This document shows, piece after piece, positions 1-12,707 of a DNA stretch of 64,000 bases. Position numbers and translations under genes: made by a program. The notes under the pieces are model-generated. The model was not told where the DNA came from, searched no databases, and saw nothing but the letters and a program-made list of their open reading frames with translations. The stretch lies in NCBI RefSeq assembly GCF_964355755.1, contig NC_092671.1, positions 20,894,001 to 20,958,000 of the forward strand. Reading direction: 5' to 3'. Within the stretch, counting starts at the first letter, position 1. Every line of letters starts with the position of its first letter. The DNA comes from Antedon mediterranea (taxonomy: Eukaryota; Animalia; Echinodermata).

Positions 1-3000
1 TCAACTGGCCATATGATAACATCACAACATCCGATAGGCTTAATTTTAATATGAATTCATATCTACATTTCATCAGCTTTCATAATAAGTTATAATCTTC
101 AAGGTCACCTTTAATTCTGAAGAGCTATAAGATATTCAAATGTATGGTGTAGCTGAAATTACACGACCTAGGTTATTCAAGTTTTTACGCGTGATGACGT
201 CATCAAAATAAAAATGTTGACAACTCATTAGAAGAATAATCAATTGAGCAAGCACATACTAAAAGTTGTGCGAAAATCGGGCTCAAATAACGGAGATGTG
301 CTCTATTGAATGTGATAACCCACACAAAAAGATAAAAATTTCTAATTTTTAAATTCAAGTGGCCATTTGATGACGTCATACCATTTTGTACGTCTAATGT
401 GTATATACATTTGTATCTACAACTTATTGGCTTCCATAATAAGTTAAAAAAATTGGGGGTCACCTGCCATTCTGAAGAGTTATATTCATTTTAAAAAGTC
501 CTTATTTTTTACCATTTTTAGCACTTTTGTACAATTAGTGTGCGCATTTTGTCATTTTTAACGTGCTCGTATAGCGTTATTTTAAGTCGGAATGGACTCA
601 AAATTGGTGAATGTACTAAGGATTGTGAGTAGAATGTGATTTATACATCAAATTTTATTTTTTACGCATTTTAAGAATCGTGCGCACAAAAACGAATTTT
701 TGCGCAGTAATTTTTTGAAACGCGCAAATGGCCTAATTCATGCTCTAAATTGATCAAAACCTAATTTTGCGCGTTTTAAATTTTTAACGCGCGATTTCAC
801 GTGCATGACCTTGAAACGCGCAACTTTTTATTTGCTAATATTTTTACCCTTGACCTGAAGTTTACCTGTAGTGAATTTCATTAAGATGTCATAATGAATT
901 ACGGAGATATGATTGATAATGTGATTTCACAAAATGGCGTATAAATGACGTCACGGATGAGTGATCACGCTGGAAAGCTGATTAGGATTAAGTTATATTA
1001 TTTGAAAGATATTCTGAAATTTTGGTAATCATTGACATTAAACTTTTTGAGATAATTGTTACCCAAAATAGTGTACAGAAACAATAAAAAGAAACTAGAC
1101 ATGAAACTCGTCACATTGACGAGTTAGTTATCCGCACCACGACAAACGCCACGTGCACGTCATAAGTTGGAATATTGCACACAGATAAAGATTATGGAAT
1201 TATGACAAGAACTGAAGAATATGATATGCTGTTAGTGCTGAATTCTGTCAATTTTGTGTCATATAGTATATACGGTACATGCAAACAGTATAATCTGTAT
1301 ACATATTACATACAGTGTAGAATAGGTGAAATTACGGGACCCGCCATTTATTCCAATTTTTAACATGGCGACGGTATCAAAATGAAACACTTAGATAACA
1401 ATTTCAGAAGGAAATAATCTCAGGAACAACATATTAATGTGTAGAAGAAATTTGAATACGTAAAATATAGATGCGCACCATTTTAAATGTGATGAACTAT
1501 TACGCAAAATATGAAAATACATCTTTTTTTATTCAACTGGCCATATGATGATGTCACAACATCCGATTGGCAAAATGTTTACATGAATTCGTATCTACAA
1601 TCCAATAGCTTCCAGAAAACGTTTTAATCGTGATTATCACATTTTATTCTGATGAGCTATAACAGATTAAAATTTACTGTAAAGATAAATATAAGTGACC
1701 CACACTATTTACATTTTTAGACATGATGACGTCATAAAAATTAAAAAAATTTTTACTCTTGCGTAAGATAGTTGATTGACCTAGAAAATTTCAAAATCTG
1801 GGTTAAAATGGAATACGGATAAGTGGAGAGGCGCTCTATTAAATGAGATGCGCTATGACGAAAGATACAAAAATCCTATATTTTATATTCGCGTGGCCAT
1901 ACGATGACGTCACAATGTCCTGTTTGCCATATCAATGCATGATTCCTTATCTACAACTTATCATCTTCCTGGATATGTAATTTAAACAAAGTTCATCTCG
2001 TAGTTTAGAATCTATGATTGTTTAAAAAAAGGTATAATTTTGACAAATTTTTGAACTTTTTCCTCAAAAACGCACATAAATTATCCAATTCGACGTGCCC
2101 GTATGACGTAATGTGAAGTCGAAATTGTTTCAAAGTTTGTAAAATTACTATAAAAGGCTTGAAAACATAAATCACGAGAGAAAAATTGTTTTCAACGCTA
2201 CGTTCGCACCGCGCGCGTAAAAAAAAGCGCGCGCGTGGGAATTTTTTACATGCTTAAAATGACATGAAACGCGTAGAAAGTTGATTATAAATTGATTTTT
2301 CGCAATTTGAAATTTTAAACGCGCGTGCGCGCGTAACTTCGTGTGAAACATGCCATTTTTTCCCCATAGTCAGTTAGCGCAAGATATAACTTAAACTTTT
2401 TTTCAGTTTCAATTTAAATAGTTATATGGTTTTCGATCTATGTTAAATACGCGAAATTCGGAAAAACGCGCGTAAGTCATGTTGCGCAACTCTGACGTCA
2501 TTCAAAAATAGGAGGTGCACAATTTCACATAAATGCCCACATGTTGACAAAGTTATGAAATGTTATGTTTACACGTTTTTGAGTTACGCGAGACACAAAA
2601 ATGACAGAAAGAAAGAAGAATACAGAAAAAAAAAAAAAAAAAAACTAGACATGTAACTCGTCACTTTGACGAGTTTGGTTATCCGCCGCGCAAGTGGTGC
2701 AACATTAACATTAAGGGGATAGGTTGAGGACAAAAGGAAGTGTTCACATTGGCATTATGACCTGAACTGAAGAATATGATATGTTGTTATTGCTGAATTT
2801 TATTATTTAAATTCATATATAGTATACACAGTATAATCTGTATCCATATCACATACAGTGTAGAATAGGTGAAATTACGGGACCCGCTATTTATTGCAAT
2901 TTTTAACATGTTGACGGTTTTAAAATGAAACGCGAAGGTAGCAATTCCGAAAGAAATTATCTCAGCAACAACGTATTAGCGTGTAGGAGAAATTTGAATA

Positions 3001-4296
3001 CGTGAAATATTGATGCGCGCTCTTTTAAATGTAATGAATTATGACGCAAAAGATGAAAATACGACCTTTTTTATTTAACTGGCCATATGATGACGTCACA
3101 ACATCCGATTGGCAACATTTTTACATGATTTCGTATCTACAATCCAATAGCTTCCAGAAAAAGTTTTAATCGTGATTATCACATTTTATTTTTACGAGCT
3201 ATAACAGATTAAAATTTACTGTAAAGATGAAATTGATGCCACACGTGATTTAAATTTTTAGGCATGATGACGTCAAAAAAATTAAAATATTTTTAACTCA
3301 TGCGAAAGATAGTTGATTGACCTAGACAATATCAAAATCGGGGTGAAAATGGAAAACGGATAAGTGGAGATGCGCTCTATTCAATGTGATGAGCTATGAC
3401 GAAAGATACAAAAATCCTAAATTTTATATTCGCGTGGCCATACGATGACGTCACAATGTCCGGTTAGCCATATTAATACCTGATCTGATATCTACAACTC
3501 ATCTACTTCTAGAATATGTCATCCACAAAAATTTGACCGTCTAGTTTAGAAATTACGACTGTTTAAAAAAAGGCATATTTTAAACGAATTTTTTAACCTT
3601 TTCATAAAAAACGCGCGCAAATTGTCCAATTCGACGTGCTCGTATGACGTATCTTTAAGTCGAAATTGTTTAAAATTTGGTAAAATTACTAGAAAAGGCT
3701 GGAAAAACATAAATCACGCGAAAAAAATACGTTTTCAATGCTACGTGCACACCGCACACGTAAAAATGTGCGCACGCGTGGGAATTTTTGACATGCTTAA
3801 AACGACATGAAACGCGTAGAAAGTTGATTATAAATTAATTTTGCGCATTTTGAAATTTTATATGCGCGTGCGCGCGTAACTTTGTGTAAAACACGCAATT
3901 TTTTTTCAACAGAAAGTTAGCGCATGATATAAATTAAACTTTTTCAAAGTTTCAAGTTGAAATGTTATTTGGTTGTCGAGCTATGTTAAATACGACAAAA
4001 TCGTTAAATCGCGCGTAAGTCACGTTGCGCAATTGTAAACATCATGAAAAGCTTCGCTGCACATCTTCATGTGCATGACGATATGTTGAGAAAGTTACAA
4101 AATGTTATGTTTGCAAGTTTTCGAGAAAAGCGTTCCACAAAAATCATACAGAAAGAAAGAAGAGAAACTAGACATGTAACTCGTCACTTTGACGAGTTAG
4201 TTATCCGCACGACAAACGCCACGTGCACGTCATACGTTAGAATATTGCACAAAGAAAAAATTATGGCATTATGACCTGATCTGAAGAATATGATAT

Positions 4297-4828
4297 GTTG
4301 TTAGTGCTGAATTCTGTCAATTTTGTGTCATATAGTATATACATGCAAACAGTATAATCTGTATACATGTTACATACAGTGTAGAATAGGTGAAATTACG
4401 GGACCCGCCATTTATTCAAATTTGTAACATGGCGACGGTATCAAGATGAAACACTAAGGTAGCAATTTCGGAAGCAAATTATCTCAGCAACAACATATTA
4501 ACGTGTAGAAGAAATTTGAATACGTTTAATATTGATGCGCGCTCTTTTAAATATAATGAACTGTTGTTAGTGCTGAATTCTGTCAATTTTGTGTCATATA
4601 GTATATACATGCAAACAGTATAATCTGTATACATGTTACATACAGTGTAGAATAGGTGAAATTACGGGACCCGCCATTTATTCAAATTTGTAACATGGCG
4701 ACGGTATCAAGATGAAACACTAAGATAGCAATTTCGGAAGCAAATTATCTCAGCAACAACATATTAACGTGTAGAAGAAATTTGAATACGTTTAATATTG
4801 ATGCGCGCTCTTTTAAATATAATGAACT
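4297..4828. repeat. ~266 bp direct tandem duplication inside an A unit
   Basis: tgttgttagtgctgaattctg...aatataatgaac occurs twice back-to-back; other A units have one copy. Confidence 0.9.
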
Positions 4829-6934
4829 ATGATGCAAAAGAAGAAAATACGACTTTTTTTATTTAACTTGCAATATGATGACGTCACAACATCTGATTGG
4901 CAAAATGTTCACATGATTTCATATCTACAATCCAAGAGCTTCCAAAAAATGTTTTAATCGTGATTATCACATTTTATTTTGATGGGCTATTACAGATTAA
5001 AATTTACTGTAAAGATGAAATTAATGACCCACGTAATTAAAATTTTTAGGCATGATGACGTCATAAAAATTAAAATATTTTTATCTCATGCGAAAGATAG
5101 TTGATTGACCTAGACAATATTAAAATCTCGGAAAAAAAGAAATACGTATAAGCGTGATGCGCTCCATTGAATGTGATGAGCAATAACGAAAGCCAAAAAA
5201 ATCCTATATTTTACATTCGTGTGGCCATATGATGACGTCACAACATCCGTGAGGTAAAAATTCTGCATGAATTCATATCTACAACATATCTGCTTACATA
5301 TTAAGTTAAAAAAATTAGGGGTAATCGTTGATCCTGAGAAGCTATAAAACATTCAAAATAGGCATAATTTTGACAACATTTTGTAACTTTTTCAACTAAA
5401 ACGCGCGCAAATGGGCTAAATCAACGTGTTCGTATGACGTAATTTTTATTTGAAATGATGTCAATCTTTTTGAAAATGACTAGTAAAGGCTGGAAAATCA
5501 CAATTCAAGAGAAAAAAACATGATTTTCATGCTCTATGCGCACCGTGCGCGTAATATTTTTCGCGCGCGCGGTAATTTTGTACATGCTTAAAATGACATG
5601 AAACGCGTAGAAAGTTGATTAGAAATTATTTTTGCGCATTTTGAAATTTTAAATGCGCGTGCGCGCGTAACTTTGTGTAAAACACGCAATTTTTTTCAAA
5701 CAGAAAGTTAGCGCATGATATAAATTAAACTTTCACAAAGTGTCAATTAAAAATCACTTTTAGTTTTTAATCTATGATCAATCATAAAAAACCATAAAAT
5801 CGCGCGTAAGTCACGTTGCGCAACTCTGACGTAATTCAAAAATAGGAGGTGCACAACTTCACGTAAATGCCCACATGTTGTCAAAGTTATAAAATGTTAT
5901 GTTTACACATTTTAGAGAAACGCTCTACACAAAAATAGCGAGAAAGAAAGAAGAATAATACAGAAAAAAATATTGATCCCATACAATAACAAGGAGTTAT
6001 CCGCCAAGTGCGGATAACTAAAAAAAGATGATGAAACAGGACAGTTACAAGTAGTTATCCGCTCAATGCGGATAACTAACTAGACATGAAACTCGTCACT
6101 TTGACGAGTTAGTTATCCGCACGACAAACGCCACGTGCACGTCATACGTTGGAATATTGCACACCGAAAAAGATTATGTCATTATGACCTGAACTGAAGA
6201 ATATGATGTGTTGTTAGTACTGAATGCTGTATATTTTCTGTCATAGAGTATACACAGTATAATCTGTATACATGTCACAAACAGTGTAAAATAGGTGAAA
6301 TTACGGGACCCGTATTTTATTTTAATTTTCAAAAGGAAACGCAAAGGTACAGTAGTAATTTCGGAAGAAAATTATCTCAGCAACAACATATTAACGTTTA
6401 GAAGAAATTTGAATACGTGAAATATTAATGCGCGCTTTTTTAAATGTAATGAACTATGACGCAAAAGATGAAAATATGACTTTGTTTATTTAACTGGCCA
6501 TATGATGACGTCACAACATCTGATTGGCGAAAAGTTCACATGATTTCGTATCTACAATCCCATAGCTTCCTGAAAACGTTTTAATCGTGATTATCACATT
6601 TTATTCTTACGAGCTATAACAGATTAAAATTTACTGTAAAGATGAAATTAATGACGCTGTTAATTAAAATTTTTAGGCATGGTGACGTCATAAAAATTAA
6701 AATATTTTTAACTCATGCGTAAGATAGTTGATTGACCTAGACAATATTAAAATCTCAGAGAAAAAGGAATACAGATAGGCGTGATGCGCTCCATTGAATA
6801 TGATGAGCAATAACGAAAGAGACTAAAATCCTATATTTTACATTCGTGTGGCCATACGATGACGTCACAATGTCTGGTTAGCCATATTGATTCATGATCC
6901 GATTTCTACAACTCATCAACTTCCAGAATATGTA

Positions 6935-7583
6935 CCGTACTGACGCGGGTATAAGCCCACCCCCCTTGAACATGAAATCACGTCAAGTTTGGGGGGTGGG
7001 CTTATACCCGAGGATCCAAAAATGCAGATCGTCAAAAACAGCACATGTAAACTGTGTATTCCACCATGCGAGCGAGCGCCCTCACGTGTACGACGTTGCC
7101 TCTAAATACACGAGGTGTAGAGTGTCTGAAAATTAAGCTTATAGTTCGTGTAATTTATCGTAGAATATCTTATTTTAAACATCAATTGAACCAGAATTTA
7201 TCAAGCAGAAAAGCAAGTATACAATGTTCGTTACATAGAAATGTACCAAAGAAATTTAATAAGCTTGTTTATGGCAGCCGATACCAAATAGTGGTTTTCC
7301 GTTTTGGCGACTTGTAGCGTCGTGTGTGAAGCGATCATCGACCGCGATGGAGTGTAAACAAAACAGGACCGCTAGGCCTCATATGGCCTAGCGTATATTA
7401 GCCTAGCTTGGTTATGATCAAAGGTAGGTGTATTCGGTGTATGGACGTCGCCAAATACAAAATAATGTATTACGACACACACTGTAGATCTTCGAATTAA
7501 TGGGTGGGCTTATACCCGATTGCCTAATTTTTTATGAAAATTAGTCAAAAGTCGGGGGTGGGCTTATACCCGCGTCAGTACGG
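6935..7583. mobile_element. MITE with TA TSD (Tc1/mariner/pogo-like), inserted in an A unit
   Basis: ~30 bp TIR CCGTACTGACGCGGGTATAAGCCCACCCCC, TA on both sides, and internal copies of GGGTGGGCTTATACCCG. The empty site ggatatgTAatttaa is seen in paralogous A units. Confidence 0.9.
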
Positions 7584-9779
7584 TAATTAAAAAAAAGTTC
7601 ACCTCGTTGTTTAGAATCTATGACTGTTTAAAAAAAGGCATAATTTTGACAAATTTTTGAACTTTTTCATCAAAAACGCACGTAAAGTACCCAATTCAAC
7701 GTGCCCGTATGACGTAATTGTAAGTCGAAATTGTTTTAAAATTGGTAAAATTACTATAAAAGGCTGGAAAAACATAATTCAATAAAAAAAAATACTTTTA
7801 GCGCTACGTGCGCACCACGCGCATAAAATTGTTCGCGCGCGTGGGAAATTTTGACATGGTCAAAATGTCATGATCAGCGTAGAAAGTTGATTAAAAATTA
7901 ATTTTGCGCATTTTGAATTTTAAATGCGCGTGCGCGCGTAACTTTGTGTAAAACACGCAATTTTTTTACACAGAAAGTTAGCGCATGATATAAATTAAAC
8001 TTTTGCTAAGTTTCAATTTAAATTGTTATATGGTTTTAAATCTATGTTAAATACGCGAAATTCATAAAATCGTGCGTAAGTCACGTTGCGCATTTCTGAC
8101 GTCATTCACAATATGAGGTGCACAACTTCACGTGAATGCCCATATTATGTTGACAAAGTTATGAAATGTTATGTTTACACGTTTTTGAGATACGCGAGAT
8201 ACAAAAATAGAGAAATGCGCGTGCGCGCGTAACGTCTTGTAAAACATGGCATTTTTAATCCACAAAAAGTTTGCCCTTGATATGACTTAAATTTTCACAA
8301 AGTGTCAAAACAAATTTATGCTTGGTTTTTAGTCTATGATCAATCATAAAAAATGATAAAATCGCACGTAAGTCACGTTGCGCAACTCTGACGTCATTCA
8401 CAACTTCACGTAAATGCCCATATGTTGACAAAGTTATGAAATGTTCTGTTTACAAGTTTTTGAGATACGTGAGACACAAAAATGAGGGAGAAAGAAATAA
8501 GAAAAAAAAAAAAAAACTAGACATGAAACTCGTCACATTGACGAGTTAGTTATCCGCACCACGACAAACGCCACGTGCACGTCATACGTTGGAATATTGC
8601 ACTCAGATAAAGATTATGGCATTATGACAAGAACTGAAGAATATGATATGCTGTTAGTGCTGAATTCTGTCAATTTTGGATCATATAGTATACATGCAAA
8701 CAGTATAATCTGTATACATATTACATACAGTGTAGAATAGGTGAAATTACGGGACCCGCCATTTATTCCAATTTTTAACATGGCGACGGTATCAAAATGA
8801 AACACTTAGATAGCAATTTCCGAAGGAAATTATCTCAGGAACAACATATTAACCTGTAGAAGAAATTTGAATACGTAAAATATAGATGCGCACCCTTTTA
8901 AATGTGATGAACTATTACGCAACATATGAAAATACGTCTTTTTTTATTCAACTGGCCATATGACGACGTCACAACATCCGATTGGCAAAATGTTTACATG
9001 AATTCGTATCTACAATCCAATAGCTTCCAGAAAACGTTTTAATCGTGATTATCACATTTTATTCTGATGAGCTATAACAGATTAAAATTTACTGTAAAGA
9101 TAAATATAAATGACCCACGTTATTTACATTTTTAGACATGATGACGTCATAAAAATTAAAAAAATTTTTACTCTTGCGTAAGATAGTTGATTGACCTAGA
9201 AAATTTCAAAATCTGGGTTAAAATGGAATACGGATAAGTGGAGAGGCGCTCTATTAAATGAGATGCGCTATGACGAAAGATACAAAAATCCTATATTTTA
9301 TATTCGCGTGGCCATACGATGACGTCACAATGTCCGGTTTGCCATATCAATGCATGATTCCTTATCTACAACTTATCATCTTCCTGGATATGTAATTTAA
9401 ACAAAGTTCACCTCGTAGTTTAGAATCTATGATTGTTTAAAAAAAGGTATAATTTTGACAAATTTTTGAACTTTTTCCTCAAAAACGCACATAAATTATC
9501 CAATTCGACGTGCCCGTATGACGTAATTTGAAGTCGAAATTGTTTAAAAGTTGGTAAAATTACTCTAAAAGGCTTGAAAACATAAATCACGAGAGAAAAA
9601 TTGTTTTCAACGCTACGTTCGCACCGTGGGAATTTTTTACATGCTTAAAATGACATGAAACGCGTAGAATGTTGATTAGAAATTAATTTTTGGCAATTTG
9701 AAATTTTAAACGCGCGTGCGCGCGTAACTTCGTGTAAAACATGCAGTTTTTTCCCCATAGTCAGTTAGCGCAAGATATA

Positions 9780-10635
9780 CCGTATATTTCGGTGTATAAG
9801 TCGCACTTTTGACACGCAAATTTGACCTCTAAATTAAGGGTGCGTCTTATACACCGAACATAAATGCCTCACCACACAGATTGTACATAGGCCTAGCTAG
9901 GCTATCGTCACCTCGTTTGCTAGGCCTGAGTAGGCTAGGCCTAGCTACAGTAACTAACTAACGTAACGGCAACCTGCTTCTGCCTAGGCCTAGTTTTCAA
10001 GTCATTTTAGCATGATGTTATACTAAATATGATGAAAAGATTTGTTCATTATGGCGCTCCGATAAAATTTCATTTGTAAACGTTTACGTCGTACGATTGG
10101 AATAGTATTTATTTATTACAGTAGTTATACGCACGATCGCCGTACCCCAAGCGCAAGCCCTTCTTTTGGTGGCACATGGTGTACGGTATTCGACTAGTAT
10201 ATTCTCCAGGTGATTATAGCATGGACCTAGCGTACACACTTCTCGGATACATAGATACTAATCGAATACGATTGTCCGTGAAAACGTGCGTCCTCTCGAA
10301 ATGATCGAGCGAGGCTAGCCCACACACGTGCGTGTTACTACACACACGGTCATGCACTCAACGTTGCGGCGAAACTCATGAATAACAAGTTAGAAAGAAC
10401 TTGTTGAGGCTGGGCGCGGCCGAGCCTAGGTAAGAAAAAACCTAAATAAAGGACGCCGTTGTAGATATAACAAAATATATTATTACAATAATATTGATTA
10501 CAATTTAAAAAAACATTGTTTTGATGAAATATAAGGTGCGTCTTATACATCGACGATATGAAAAATACCGATATTTTACTCTCAGTTGGGGGTGCGTCTT
10601 ATACACAGGTGCGACTTATACACCGAAATATACGG
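9780..10635. mobile_element. MITE with TA TSD (Tc1/mariner/pogo-like)
   Basis: TIR CCGTATATTTCGGTGTATAAGTCGCAC, TA TSD, and subterminal GGTGCGTCTTATAC repeats. The empty site aagataTAacttaaac is at ~2385. Confidence 0.92.
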
Positions 10636-12707
10636 TAACTTAAACTTTTTTTTCAGTTTCAATTTAAATTGTTATATGGTTTTCGATCTATGTTAAATAC
10701 GCGAAATTCGGAAAAACGCGCGTAAGTCATGTTGCGCAACTCTGACGTCATTCAAAAATAGGAGGTGCACAATTTCACGTAAATGCCCACATGTTGACAA
10801 AGTTATGAAATGTTATGTTTACACGTTTTTGAGTTACGCGAGACACAAAAATGACAGAAAGAAAGAAGAATACAGAAAAAAAAAAAAAAAAAGATGATGA
10901 AACAGGACAGTTACAAGGAGTTATCCGCTCAATGCGGATAACTAAAAAAAAAAGAAAAATAATAATAAAGATTTCATACAATAACAATAGGTGATCATTT
11001 TATTCTAAATGATCACCTAATTATCGTAGGAGGAGATAGGAAAATGCAAAGCATCCTCGTATTATTGTGTGCGGGTATTTTTCCATGGACATTCATTAGA
11101 CAGTGTATACCACGATTGGAAAACACCCCTATTTGGGGCAAATCGTTGAACCTAAATTCGTTTTAATAGTCAATAACTAATTACCTAACTCAATTTAATT
11201 AGTAAACAGGGTTACATCAGATGGTTAAAATCAGTACCGAAAGTATGAACCAACTTTATATACCAACGAGTAAAAATTCTAGAAATAAACCGAGATTTAT
11301 CGAATTTTGCCCTTACGTAAATTTATATAGATACTGTCAAGTATCAGGTTGTGGCGCGCTGGTCTAGCTATCTCAATTTCGGTTTTTGCTTATATAATTG
11401 TTTAAATGCTGTCTTATATTTCTAAAGTCTTGTGTATTGAGTCAGGTCAGTTTTGTTGTTTTGTGTAATTCTGTTATTATTTCCGCTTTATATATACCGC
11501 TCGCTCCCCCTCTAGGAAGTGTAGACGATGGTTCTCGGAATGATAATGACTCGGCTAAAAAGTTTTAGAAGGACATTCTGGCCTGGACGATTTCGATCGG
11601 TTACCATATTTAAATGCTTTTGATATTGGTAAAACTAAACCTACTCACTCACAGTGTCTGAGATGATTAATAGCGTTTTACGTATAGTGTTTATTGTAGA
11701 TATGAAAAGTGTTAAAAAAAAAAAATAACAAATGCTTGATAAATTGTAGATAACAGTCTAGATGAAATCTACTAAAAAATAGTATAAATGTGTTATAAAT
11801 ATAATACAATATTGTGTGTATAAATGTGGATGGTCGTTAATTAGATGGTACTGTATTTGGATTTGGGGGGGAGGGGGGAGGGAGTGGCTTTAATTATTTT
11901 AATTGATGTTTTATTGGGGAGGTGTTCCGGGCGTTTATTCAAATAAATACCATCCTAATCGGTATAATTAATACATTATTCCGCGACACAGTGAGCCGTT
12001 TTGGCCTAAGAAGGAAGACGTTTTAGACGGCTTGCAATATGGGCAGAAGTATCCAGGGTCCTGACGGGACACAGATAGCACATAGTATACATGAGTCATG
12101 GCAGCTTACTCAACAACTCGGCTGTCAGGCTTTCATTCGATTTCAAACAAAAGCTCTTATCATTAATTCTCTCGATGTAATTTTATATAATATAATAATA
12201 ATACTCCTATGTTTTATGAATATATTTAATTTGATCTTCATGTACTATAGTACTATATCTTCACACGCGCGGTCCGAAAATAAACAAAAAATCAAAATGG
12301 CTATTGCCACCAAGCACGGCAAACTTAGTTGAAACAGGGAGTTGTTTTACAATAAATATAAAACCCTTTGTAATATCTTCCTAAGATAGAAATATGGAAC
12401 AATATCGTAATAGTGGAAACTAATGTTATAAAATCTACGTTTCGAGGTACATCTGAGATAGATAAGGTAGGTATCCAAGGCGGAGATTAGTACCGAAGTT
12501 TTCCATTGTGCTCGCCTATGTCAGAATTAACCATAATTTATATATAGACTTCATACAGGGGAGAACCAGCTTCAGACTAGTCCATTCTTGTATCAACGCT
12601 TGTCTAAAATATTTGTATTACGGTGTAAATCTAAACTTAGTAGGTCTAACATTACCCCTAGTGTTTTTCTGCTTAATATGAATTTGTTATGTAAATGCAT
12701 GTCCATG

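Larger units (their letters stand above)
1095..10945 (-). mobile_element. Five nested/tandem Helentron-like family A elements (~1.5 kb each)
   Basis: Tails CTAG-acatg(a/t)aa-CTCGTCA-nnn-TGACGAG-tt(a/g)gttatccgc at 1095, 2645, 4168, 6080 and 8517. Palindromic heads AGTTATCCGC..GCGGATAACTAA end at 6021, 6079 and 10945. Bodies are homologous and non-coding. Confidence 0.85.
1..11020 (-). mobile_element. Non-autonomous Helentron-like element, family B (outermost shell of nest 1; 3' end lies outside the window)
   Basis: Body 1-1094 is the reverse complement of the B bodies at ~43540-44620 and ~45270-46350. The palindromic head TAGGTGATCATTT-tattct-AAATGATCACCTAA is at 10988-11020. Body and head are separated by five family A units. 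Confidence 0.85.

Noticed and set aside
1648-1680. CTGATGAG in A units as a hammerhead core
   Set aside because: No stem II/GAAA follows, and the motif is not conserved in other copies.
203-10987. Short ORFs in A/B elements as genes (also 27287, 30826, 54524-55862)
   Set aside because: Frames are not conserved between copies and show no recognisable domains.
1-11020. Simple 1.5 kb satellite or LTR structure
   Set aside because: Units belong to distinct subfamilies and have Helentron termini with displaced heads. There are no TG..CA LTRs, PBS or gag/pol.
11480-11720. Possible decayed LINE 3' end
   Set aside because: Too degenerate to support by eye.
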